Assembly (NCBI GenBank): GCA_030587475.2
Contig: JAUQYZ020000176.1
Location: 1 to 37,528 of the forward strand
Reading direction: 5' to 3'
DNA length: 37,528 nucleotides
Origin: Candidatus Sigynarchaeum calidifontis
GTDB taxonomy: Archaea > Asgardarchaeota > Lokiarchaeia > Sigyniarchaeales > Sigyniarchaeaceae
Shown: positions 16,602-25,413 of the stretch, one piece after another
Layout of the letters: each line of letters starts with the position of its first letter
Numbering within the stretch: the first letter of the stretch is position 1
The notes under the pieces: model-generated
Seen by the model: the letters and a program-made list of their open reading frames with translations, nothing else
The model's database searches: none
What the model was told of the DNA's origin: nothing
Program-made: the position numbers and the translations under genes

Positions 16602-19523
16602 CTATAGCGTCTTTCTAAATATCTCTATCAACTCCATCTTCTGGATGTTCTTTACTAGGCCTTGCATCGACAAGAAGCACACGAGCGCTGCTATGCCCAA
16701 TTCGATCGCGATAGTATCATATGGAATGGCAAACACGCTCATCACGGGGAACTTCGAGAACGCGGCAATTTGCCAGTAGAACAGCGCGACCAGGATCAAG
16801 CCGATCACCGAGCCGTTGAGCGCTGCGGATGTCATGATGATCTCGCTCTCGAGCGTGAACATGTTCTTCACGCTGCGCTTTCGCAAGCCGAGGGTTTCGA
16901 TGATGCCCACCTCGCGCGTGCGCTCGAGGATGGTCGAATATGCACCGGCCGTGAGACCGAAGAGGCTGATGATGACCGCGAAGGTGAGGATCACGGTGAA
17001 GAGCGTCTCGACGATCGAGAATATTTGTTGCGCGAACTGGCCTTGCCGGAAGGAGTTGAGCGACCGGAAGATGTATTTATTTTCGTAAATCTTGTCGAGG
17101 CGCTCTTCAAATGCAGATGACTTGGTCAGGTCCTGGTAATCGGCACGCAGCTTGATAAAGATGCGTGACGTGAAGTATTCGCCAGCAGGCAGTTGGAAGC
17201 AACGCTTGAAATCGGCCTGGTTAAACACGACCGCCGCGCCGCTGGCCGAGTCGGGACGTTTCTCCACGGTCGGGATGCCGGGCAAGTTATCGACAACCCC
17301 GGCGATAGTGAACTCTTCCTTGTACACCTCGCCATCACCCCACTCGAACGTGACCTTGCACTTGTCGTTCACGCTTAGCATCAAATTGCCCGCGATCGCA
17401 GTTGATACGATTACATATCCGGTATTATGGAAAAGCTTGTTGAACGCGTCAGCTTGCGATCCTTGCGAGAATATTACGTACTGCGTGTAGACGACGTCGA
17501 GGTAATTCTCGTCGACAGCCACGCCGTGCACGCCGGTCGATTTATAATTGACGAGATCGGACATTGTGATAGAGTGAGTGCTTCCCCTGATGAAACCGAG
17601 TTCCTTGTCGGTCGCGAGTATCGTGGATGTCTTCACGATCTCGGCATAACTGAGGAGCTCGCGAGCGAGTGCCTGATCAGGCAAGGTTGGCCCCGAATCG
17701 GGATTGAAGCCCGTGATGGAAATTCGACGCGAGTCGAAAACCATGTCGGCACCATTGTTATTATGGATCGTGCCCACGTTCTGCGCGGATTGCGTGCCGA
17801 TCACGGTCGATACTAGCGTGATGAATGAAAACGCGATCGAGAACATGATGACGGTCGTGACGTTCCGCCGCGTGTATCGCATAAGAGAGATGCGGATGAT
17901 GTCCTTGGTCTTCACGGCAAGGAAGGTGAAGATGCGCCTGATGATCCCCTGGATCACGGGGAGTAAACCGAGACCGACAAGCGTCGCGCCGAGTAAAAAG
18001 ACCGCAAGCAAGGTGATGATCACTCCGACGATAAGGCCTATGTCTAACGTGAGGAGGATCTGCGGGACGATGAAGAGGACGAAAGCGGCGATGCCCGACG
18101 CGATGGCGCCGATAAGGATCAGCTTCACGTTCACGTTCCCTTCCTTGACCATACGGGTGCCAACACTCTCTTGCCGGTACGGGTTGATGGCACCCAGGAT
18201 GCTCATCTTGCTGACACGCAAGGCGGGGGCGATCCCGACGATCATCGAGACGCCGACGCCCACGCCAATGGTAAGCGCGAGCGTCTGGGCGCTCATGTAC
18301 GCGACCACCTCTCCGGCGCTGAAATCGAGCAGTCTTTTCAACAAGCCTAGAAAGGCAAATCTGACGATTGCATACCCGCCCGCTATGCCCATAGCTGTGC
18401 CCATAGACGAGATGATGAATGCTTGCAACACGGTTAACTTGATCGGCAGTTTTCTATGCGCACCGAGCACGCGGAACACGCCGAACTCGCGGATTTTTTC
18501 CTCGACCGATGTCGTGAGGATGCCGTTGATCAAGACACCCGAGATCACGACGCCAAGTATCGTCACGAAAAGCAAGATGATGGAAATACCAACGTTAACA
18601 TATTGTTCTATCTCGAGGATGCTGACGCGCGGCATTGCGAGGACATACAAGTCGCCGTTGGTACCACCGCCAGGCCATGGATATTTGTTGTAAAAGCCGA
18701 TGCGGTTCTGGATGCGCTCGCCGATATCGCGGAGGCGGTTGATCGTGCCCGGGATGTCCCTCGCGTCGTAGTAGAGCTGGGGGTTCCGCACGTTGATGAC
18801 GAGTGTCTGGCTATACCCGAGAAAACTATCCGGAGGATTGGCGACCCATTCCTTGATCCACTGCGTGAGATTGATGACGAGCGGGTGCTCTATCCATCCG
18901 GGGAACTTGAAATTCATGTTGACCACTGCGACGACCGTGAAGCTCCTGACATATGTCCACGAGATGATCGTGTGTTGTTCGTTCGCATAATGGGTAAGAT
19001 TATAAATGATGGTCTGGCCGCTGCTGATCCCGAGTTTCTTCGCCATTTCCAAGTCGATCAAGCATTGCCCGTCACCGAGGGTGCCGGTAAACGGCGTGCC
19101 ATCCCCCAGCAAGAACTTGCCCTGCACCGCCGCGTTTTCCCGTCCGATATCTACACCGACCAAGTACACGCCCTTGAACGTCTTCGAATTGGCGGGATTG
19201 AGCGTCTCGACCACCTCATAGACGCCGCTCCAACCCCTGACTTCACGAGGCAAGAAATCTGCGAGCTCGGTGGCCAGAACGGGATCGGCCTTGATCTGGG
19301 TCTCGATCGAGGATGTTGGAATCCAATGGTAGCCCTCGCAAGAAAGAGAGAAATCGATCTTGCCCTCGGACTGGCTAGCGTAATCGACGTAACTATAGCT
19401 TATCGAATCGCCAAGCATGCCTATGACTGTCAAGAGAAAGATGGATATGGCAATTCCAACGATACCAAAGATAGTCCGGGTTTTTTGTTTCTTTAGATCC
19501 CGGAATGCATAGGCCAAGTTCAC
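16602..19523 (-). CDS. Double-FtsX/MacB-type (type VII ABC) permease, paralog A
   Basis: EEKIREFGVFRVLG and ERTREVGIIETLG motifs; GTG start; colinear with paralog B (YAFRDLKKQK/YAFKDLKTQK, AINPYR, KMELIEIFR/KMEIMEIFR). Confidence 0.92.
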   Translation of the reverse strand: MNLAYAFRDLKKQKTRTIFGIVGIAISIFLLTVIGMLGDSISYSYVDYASQSEGKIDFSLSCEGYHWIPTSSIETQIKADPVLATELADFLPREVRGWSGVYEVVETLNPANSKTFKGVYLVGVDIGRENAAVQGKFLLGDGTPFTGTLGDGQCLIDLEMAKKLGISSGQTIIYNLTHYANEQHTIISWTYVRSFTVVAVVNMNFKFPGWIEHPLVINLTQWIKEWVANPPDSFLGYSQTLVINVRNPQLYYDARDIPGTINRLRDIGERIQNRIGFYNKYPWPGGGTNGDLYVLAMPRVSILEIEQYVNVGISIILLFVTILGVVISGVLINGILTTSVEEKIREFGVFRVLGAHRKLPIKLTVLQAFIISSMGTAMGIAGGYAIVRFAFLGLLKRLLDFSAGEVVAYMSAQTLALTIGVGVGVSMIVGIAPALRVSKMSILGAINPYRQESVGTRMVKEGNVNVKLILIGAIASGIAAFVLFIVPQILLTLDIGLIVGVIITLLAVFLLGATLVGLGLLPVIQGIIRRIFTFLAVKTKDIIRISLMRYTRRNVTTVIMFSIAFSFITLVSTVIGTQSAQNVGTIHNNNGADMVFDSRRISITGFNPDSGPTLPDQALARELLSYAEIVKTSTILATDKELGFIRGSTHSITMSDLVNYKSTGVHGVAVDENYLDVVYTQYVIFSQGSQADAFNKLFHNTGYVIVSTAIAGNLMLSVNDKCKVTFEWGDGEVYKEEFTIAGVVDNLPGIPTVEKRPDSASGAAVVFNQADFKRCFQLPAGEYFTSRIFIKLRADYQDLTKSSAFEERLDKIYENKYIFRSLNSFRQGQFAQQIFSIVETLFTVILTFAVIISLFGLTAGAYSTILERTREVGIIETLGLRKRSVKNMFTLESEIIMTSAALNGSVIGLILVALFYWQIAAFSKFPVMSVFAIPYDTIAIELGIAALVCFLSMQGLVKNIQKMELIEIFRKTL

Positions 19524-19562
19524 GTTGGATGCACCGTCATGGAAGTCCGAAGGTGGTAAGGC

Positions 19563-20786
19563 TTATTGTTCCGCGGCGATCTCGCGAACGAACACGTCGC
19601 CGTCGAAATAACCATTCAGCACTTTCTTCTTGATGGCTTGTACGATAATGTCGGCGATCGGGGTCTTCAAGTTCATGCCTAGCTTTTTCTGGAGTTTTTC
19701 GAGGGTTATCTTGCGGTAGATTCTCGTGATGTTCTCGATCTCCGTGTAGGCCGCATCGAGGTCTTTCTGGCTATCGCCAGTATCCTTCATTGCCGGCTCG
19801 GCGGGTGTTTTTTTACCAGCAGCAACTTTTTCCGCTTGCACCAGAGGTATTTCACCGCCGCTTTTCTTGATGACCGTGTCGCCCTCCACGCGAATCTCGT
19901 CGATTGACTTGATCTTCTTGAGGGCAGCCGCACCGCCACGGGCCTTGACGTGGGCCTTGATGAGCTTGATCTGCTCGTCGAGATCGAGATCTTGATCCTC
20001 GTTCTGCTTGATGTCCCGCTCGGAGATGACCTCGCCGGCTTCGATGATCTTCTCGTGGACGAGACGACCATCGAGGATATCGAGATTGCGTTTAGCGAAG
20101 AGGGGAACGCGCTTGTCATGGGTCGAAGCCACGAACGTCGCGCCCTTGATGTTCAACTCGCGGATGAGCTCGAGAATTTCCCTGCTCGTCTTCGAGTCGA
20201 GGTCACCCGTCGGCTCGTCGAGCAACACGATGGCGGGATTGTTGGCAAGTGCACGGGCGATGGCGACGCGTTGTTGCTCGCCCCCCGAAAGTTCCGACGG
20301 GGTGTGCTTAGCGCGGTCCGCGAGGCCCACCATCGCGAGAAGGGACATGGCACGATCCACCTTCTGCTTGCTGGAAAGCACGCCTTGGAAATGTAGAGGA
20401 ATCATGACATTCTCAAGGGCACTCATGAGCGGCAATAGGTTATAGAACTGGAAGACGTACCCGATGCGATCGCGGCGCAAGTCGGCGAGCATGTTGTCGG
20501 AGAACTTACTCATGTCCTTTCCTTCGAGCAAGATCTTGCCGCGGGTCGGATAATCGAGTCCACCAAGCAAATTCAGCAGGGTCGTTTTACCGCATCCTGA
20601 AGGGCCCATGATCGTGAGGAATTCTTGCTTTTTTATGACGAGATCAATGCCTCGAAGAGCCGCCACCGCGTTGCTACCGAGCAAGTATGTCTTGTGGACA
20701 TTGATGCACTCAAGTATCACGTCTTTATCGATAGCCGCTTTCGCGGCCTTTAAATACGAGATGTCGGAAACATCAGTCTCAGCCAT
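19563..20786 (-). CDS. LolD/MacB-family ABC ATPase with a C-terminal PCI-like winged-helix extension
   Basis: Walker A GPSGCGKT, Q-loop VFQFYNL, signature LSGGEQQRV, Walker B LLDEPTG, H-loop STHD. ATG 20786 has GGAG upstream. About 160 extra C-terminal aa end in IYRKITLEKLQKKLG...IIVQAIKKKVLNGYFD. Confidence 0.93.
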   Translation of the reverse strand: MAETDVSDISYLKAAKAAIDKDVILECINVHKTYLLGSNAVAALRGIDLVIKKQEFLTIMGPSGCGKTTLLNLLGGLDYPTRGKILLEGKDMSKFSDNMLADLRRDRIGYVFQFYNLLPLMSALENVMIPLHFQGVLSSKQKVDRAMSLLAMVGLADRAKHTPSELSGGEQQRVAIARALANNPAIVLLDEPTGDLDSKTSREILELIRELNIKGATFVASTHDKRVPLFAKRNLDILDGRLVHEKIIEAGEVISERDIKQNEDQDLDLDEQIKLIKAHVKARGGAAALKKIKSIDEIRVEGDTVIKKSGGEIPLVQAEKVAAGKKTPAEPAMKDTGDSQKDLDAAYTEIENITRIYRKITLEKLQKKLGMNLKTPIADIIVQAIKKKVLNGYFDGDVFVREIAAEQ

Positions 20787-20863
20787 TTCTTTCCACTCCG
20801 GGGAAGCCAAGGGAATTGGCAATTCGATTTTTTGCTAAGACATGGCTTTGATGTGCATGTTGT

Positions 20864-20913
20864 TTCTATTTTCTCCATAGCGCAAAGAATACAACACTAT
20901 GAGGAAAATAGAA
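20864..20913. promoter_or_regulatory. 17-bp imperfect inverted repeat upstream of the ABC operon, in an AT-rich divergent intergenic region
   Basis: TTCTATTTTCTCCATAG (20864-20880), 16-nt spacer, CTATGAGGAAAATAGAA (20897-20913); 15/17 complementary. Confidence 0.5.
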
Positions 20914-21370
20914 TATTCACAGAAATTGAATATGCGAGCCATTCGAATGCCAGTCGGTCTTGAGTCTCATTATACGTCGTGAAGATATAAACAAACTTGT
21001 TCGATTACATGCGAGCATCGAGTTTTCGTCTCCCTTTGCTCAAACATTGAAGGACCCAATCCATAATAGAATATACTTGGGGAAAGAATGCCAGTTAAAT
21101 TAAAGCATATCTATTTTCGGGTTTTAGTCTAGTAAATCGTATTAAAATATCATTCAAACATTTCTCGTACATTAGCATAAATTAAAAAAAGTGAAAGAAC
21201 ATTAACACGACGGTTCCACGAGCTCTGTCAGAAATGTTTATCCAATGGCCAAGAACACGTGCCCTATTAATCGAAAGTCATCTATTCAGCAGCGTGTTTT
21301 AAGAATGCGATGGATTTTCTACCCAGAAAGAACGTAAAATGATCAACAATACAACAAGTAGGAACCTGAG

Positions 21371-24300
21371 ATGGACATCCCCAACTTGTTTCAAATACAC
21401 TGGGCACCTCTTAACATCGCGTTCATCGGCGTGTTCGCCGTTCTCGTTTACTTGGGATTCAAGTTCATCTTCAAGGACATGAAAACCATCAAGCAAACGC
21501 AAGTCACGAAGCTGGACTATTTTTTTGCCATCTTCTTCGGGATAATGTTTGCCGCTTCTGTCATGCTGGGCACCCTTGTACTGATGGTGTATGGTTCTCG
21601 GGTTGAGCTGAAATACATGCCCCCGCCGATACCGATTTACATGCCCAGGTTCACGACGGTCATGTTTGTTTTTCTCATGGCTATCACGATCGCATATCCA
21701 TTCATCGAGTTCATGTTTTTATCGTTTGGAAAAAAGCAGACATCGCCCATATTCTGCCAGGATTTCTTGTTCAAGAAAATCATCGCGAAATCGTCGATCA
21801 AGGTCGTGCGTGTCGTTCTATCATCCGTGTTCTATGTCCTCGTTTTCATCGCCATTCCGATCGCGCTGGATGCAATTGGTTTCCCGCTTTTCATGGGTCT
21901 CATCACCATGTACCAGATCTTCCCCGTCTGGTTGCTTTCCCGGCTCGGCGCCGAGGGCCACTTCTACGGCTTGAACCTCAACTTTTACAACATTTTTGAA
22001 CGGGACCGGTTCATGTATACTCTCTTCGATGACCGCAACAAGGCCGAAGTGCAATTCAAGGACACGGCCATCCCTATACTCGCGGTCCCGATAATGGTCT
22101 ACGTGTATCTCAACGGGTTCATCTCCATCGCCCAGATGCTCTACAATCCCTTCGGCGCAGGAACGACGTTCAATTTCACGTTCCTCGTCTCCACGTTCAC
22201 GAACATATTGACCGCCCTCATCGGTTTTTACAACAAGTACTGGCGTCGCGAGATAAAATACAGGGTCCAGGACACGCTTTTCGCGGGCTATCTCTTCGCG
22301 AACTTGTCGGTCAATACATTGCTCACGTTTCTCGTCAAGGAACCAGGTGTCATGGTGAACAATCTCGGCGTGCTGTTCAACACCGAACTCACGCTTGACA
22401 ACTATTGGATGCTCATCCCGGCGGCCATGATCCAGCGCATTGTCTTTGCAGGGATGGTCACCTATTACTTCGTGAAGGGCGGCCAATTCAAGCGAAACGT
22501 GTTGGACTCGCTCATGGTGCTCTCGAGGAACAGGCTCGTCCCCCGCATCCTGCTCAATTTCTCCCGCCACCCCGAGGCGCGCGTGCGCGAGGAATCTGCG
22601 CGTTTGCTCGACGAGATGTACCGGATGTATAGCTTGAAATACATCCCGCCGCCGGAACCCGAGAAGAAGCCAGGGCTAGTAAGGCGGCTGGTCGTGGGAT
22701 TGGCATTGCTCGTGACGCCACCGAAGCGCAAGCAAGCACCGTTCAACTACATCTTCGATGCTTTCGGTTCCGAACACGTGCAAGTGAGGATGGCTGCAGC
22801 CAAGGTCATCGGTTACATGTTCAACGATGACCCGGATCAAGCCATTGCTGAACTTGGGAAACACTTGGTCGATCCAGACGACGTGAAGGTTTCTTGCTTG
22901 CTCGATGCGATGGAGCGCCTCGATCCAGCAACAATCACCCGCATCGATGCTGGACTCCTTCTCGATCGCATCACGGGAGCAAGTGCCTTGGTTCGCGTGA
23001 GCGCGTTTAAATTGCTGGGAAGATATTTCGCGGCCATTAGAAACGATCCAGGGCTTCAAGCCAGGCTGGTCAGCCTGGTAACCTCGTCAATAACCGATCC
23101 ATCGCCAGCAATGCAATCGGCTTGCCTTAAATTCCTCGCCTCGCTCGATGACACGTTTTTTCTCGCCAAACACGTGCCACTCGCCACGCTTATCGAAAAG
23201 ATCAACCATCCCAACACGTCGATCAAACAAGCCGCGATAGCACTTCTCGATAGATTCATCGAGGGGGAGGAAACACTCGACCCGGCACAAGCCAGCTTGA
23301 TCGTGAACCTGCTCGATAACAAGAACCCGGGCGTCCAGCGTGCCGCTCTCGATGCTTTATACGCGATTTCAAACCGCGTGAAAGTGACCGTTGTCCCTGA
23401 AAAGATAATGGATCTTGCCAGCCGCAGCGATAAAACTATCGCAATTGCTGCCATCAAGTTACTCGCACGGCTCGCCAATCAAGGAACGAAAAACATCGAT
23501 TTGCACCCCATCTTGGCTTTTCTCGAATCGGGTGACCCCGACGTGGTAAATGCCATACTTCAAGACCTCGGCGAAATGATCGAGAAAAACCCGAGCGTGT
23601 TCCTTCCCATATTCGGGAAGATCTTGGAGCGACCCGAGTTGGCACTCAAGGAAATCGCGAAAAAACAGCTGGTTAGGTTCGGCAAAACCAATTTCGATGA
23701 GGTGCTCGACCACGTGCTCAACATCAAGGAGGATGCACGGTTCGCGGTTCGCAACTTCACGCGGGAGATTCTATTCGAGATTGGAAAGCTCGTTCCCGAT
23801 AAATTGATCCCGGTGCTACAATCGATCCTCGTTCCAGAGAAAGCGAGAAAGAACTTCGGCAGTTTGATACCATTCCTGGATGCTCGGGTCGCTACAAAAA
23901 TCGAGCGCACGAGGAGCGAGACATTCCGGGTCAATGCGGCATCTGTCCTGGGCGATCTTGCAGAATACTTTCCAGGAAAGGTTGATTACAAGTCATTACT
24001 CGAAGCAGCCAAGACCGATGAGAGCTGGCGCGTTCGCCGCGATCTTGCCACGAGTCTCGGAAAGATAATAGCGCGTGCGAGCGATGTACCAGTTACAGAT
24101 TATTTTACCCTTTTCAAGGATTCCAACCCGAACGTGCGGGGTGCAGTGGCTAAAGGGCTGCTCAACATCGCGACAGCGAGACCCGCGTCCATCCCCGTCG
24201 ACCAGATCGCTTCACTGTTGGGGGATACAGACGACGCGGTTCGCGAGTCCCTGGTGGCCGTCGCAGGCCAGGTCGGCATGAGCAGCGCCAAGGACGTGAT

Positions 24301-24913
24301 GCCCCTACTTGTCCGGGGTTTAGGAGACGAAAAATGGCCCGTTAAAAATGCTGCTGCCGATGCCATGGGAAAAATAGCCGAATCAGCGCCGGACCGGATC
24401 CCGGTCGATGCCCTCATGCACGTCATGCTTACCGACAAGGACAGATGGGCGAGATGGCAAGCCGCCCGTGCTTTGAGCCGCGTGGTGAGATCGAAACCAA
24501 CTGCTTTGACGCTCAAGGATGTTGCGGGCAAGGTAGACACGAGCGACGAGAACGTTGCCCTGGCCTATCTCGAACTGCTCCAATCGATCCCCCCGGAACC
24601 CATGGATGCTTTCCTTGCCGGGATCAAGCCATTGATGGCATCGAGCAGCATGTCTATCCAGGAGCAAGTGGTCACGACATTATACTCCGTTCACGGCAAG
24701 ACGAATTCCGAGGTACTACTCAGCACGCTGCTCAAGATGGTCGTGGACAAGGAAACGGACAAGAACACGCTACATGCCGCGGCGATCTCGCTTGGCAAGA
24801 TTGCCCAATACGCGACACCGGATCTTAAGAAACGGGTGAAGAAGATCCTCAACAGTCAATGTTATGCAACGCGTGATCCCGTTATTTGCAAGGAATCCTC
24901 CGCGCTCGAATGA
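21371..24913 (+). CDS. Polytopic membrane protein (~9 TM) fused to a long HEAT-repeat solenoid
   Basis: About nine hydrophobic helices in the first ~370 aa. Then repeated HEAT motifs: HPEARVREESARLL, SEHVQVRMAAAKVI, HPNTSIKQAAIALL, NKNPGVQRAALDAL, DESWRVRRDLATSL, DSNPNVRGAVAKGL, DEKWPVKNAAADAM, DKDRWARWQAARAL. Confidence 0.9.
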   Translation: MDIPNLFQIHWAPLNIAFIGVFAVLVYLGFKFIFKDMKTIKQTQVTKLDYFFAIFFGIMFAASVMLGTLVLMVYGSRVELKYMPPPIPIYMPRFTTVMFVFLMAITIAYPFIEFMFLSFGKKQTSPIFCQDFLFKKIIAKSSIKVVRVVLSSVFYVLVFIAIPIALDAIGFPLFMGLITMYQIFPVWLLSRLGAEGHFYGLNLNFYNIFERDRFMYTLFDDRNKAEVQFKDTAIPILAVPIMVYVYLNGFISIAQMLYNPFGAGTTFNFTFLVSTFTNILTALIGFYNKYWRREIKYRVQDTLFAGYLFANLSVNTLLTFLVKEPGVMVNNLGVLFNTELTLDNYWMLIPAAMIQRIVFAGMVTYYFVKGGQFKRNVLDSLMVLSRNRLVPRILLNFSRHPEARVREESARLLDEMYRMYSLKYIPPPEPEKKPGLVRRLVVGLALLVTPPKRKQAPFNYIFDAFGSEHVQVRMAAAKVIGYMFNDDPDQAIAELGKHLVDPDDVKVSCLLDAMERLDPATITRIDAGLLLDRITGASALVRVSAFKLLGRYFAAIRNDPGLQARLVSLVTSSITDPSPAMQSACLKFLASLDDTFFLAKHVPLATLIEKINHPNTSIKQAAIALLDRFIEGEETLDPAQASLIVNLLDNKNPGVQRAALDALYAISNRVKVTVVPEKIMDLASRSDKTIAIAAIKLLARLANQGTKNIDLHPILAFLESGDPDVVNAILQDLGEMIEKNPSVFLPIFGKILERPELALKEIAKKQLVRFGKTNFDEVLDHVLNIKEDARFAVRNFTREILFEIGKLVPDKLIPVLQSILVPEKARKNFGSLIPFLDARVATKIERTRSETFRVNAASVLGDLAEYFPGKVDYKSLLEAAKTDESWRVRRDLATSLGKIIARASDVPVTDYFTLFKDSNPNVRGAVAKGLLNIATARPASIPVDQIASLLGDTDDAVRESLVAVAGQVGMSSAKDVMPLLVRGLGDEKWPVKNAAADAMGKIAESAPDRIPVDALMHVMLTDKDRWARWQAARALSRVVRSKPTALTLKDVAGKVDTSDENVALAYLELLQSIPPEPMDAFLAGIKPLMASSSMSIQEQVVTTLYSVHGKTNSEVLLSTLLKMVVDKETDKNTLHAAAISLGKIAQYATPDLKKRVKKILNSQCYATRDPVICKESSALE

Positions 24914-24950
24914 TCAGCATCTGTACGTGTCGTTCATTCAAGTTGCGCCC

Positions 24951-24985
24951 ATGTTCCCGGGGGCTTTTACGACCCCTGAGAACAT
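24951..24985. terminator. GC-rich stem-loop downstream of the HEAT gene (possible terminator or processing element)
   Basis: ATGTTCcCGGGGG-cttttacga-CCCCTGaGAACAT forms a ~12-bp stem with one mismatch and one G-U pair. Confidence 0.35.
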
Positions 24986-25149
24986 TTCTCGCTGCGTTGC
25001 CCAATGGCGAGATTTCGCATATCGCACAAATGCAGTAAACTTAAATACTTGTTTTTGTCTGGATCTTACATCCTCAAGCCGAGGATTTTGCTAGAAAAAT
25101 GGATTAGGCACGCCTGGATCGGCGATCGGGCGGCCGGAGGGGCGTGATC

Positions 25150-25386
25150 ATGTCTCAAGAACCGGAATTTAATGAAGAAACCACGAGCAAGAACGAACTA
25201 TCGATGGATCCAAGAAAGGACCTCTACGACGAGACCCTTCATTCTCGGGCACGTGCACTCCCGGTCAGACGAGAAATCTCCAGGAACACTTTCAACAAAT
25301 TTGACGATTTTATCGCGGGCGTGTGCGATGACACCTACTCGAATCTCGTGGAATATCGCCTCAAAAGACGAAGCAACATAGATTGA
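25150..25386 (+). CDS. Small hypothetical protein (78 aa)
   Basis: GGAGG just upstream of the GTG/ATG; acidic N-terminus and helical-looking C-terminus; fills the gap before the convergent trmJ. Confidence 0.5.
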   Translation: MSQEPEFNEETTSKNELSMDPRKDLYDETLHSRARALPVRREISRNTFNKFDDFIAGVCDDTYSNLVEYRLKRRSNID

Positions 25387-25413
25387 AGACTGAGCGGCCG
25401 GGATGCAACCGGT

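Noticed and set aside
24951-25012. Hairpin considered as a SECIS element
   Set aside because: No AUGA/GA kink-turn core and no in-frame UGA selenoprotein candidate in the flanking genes.
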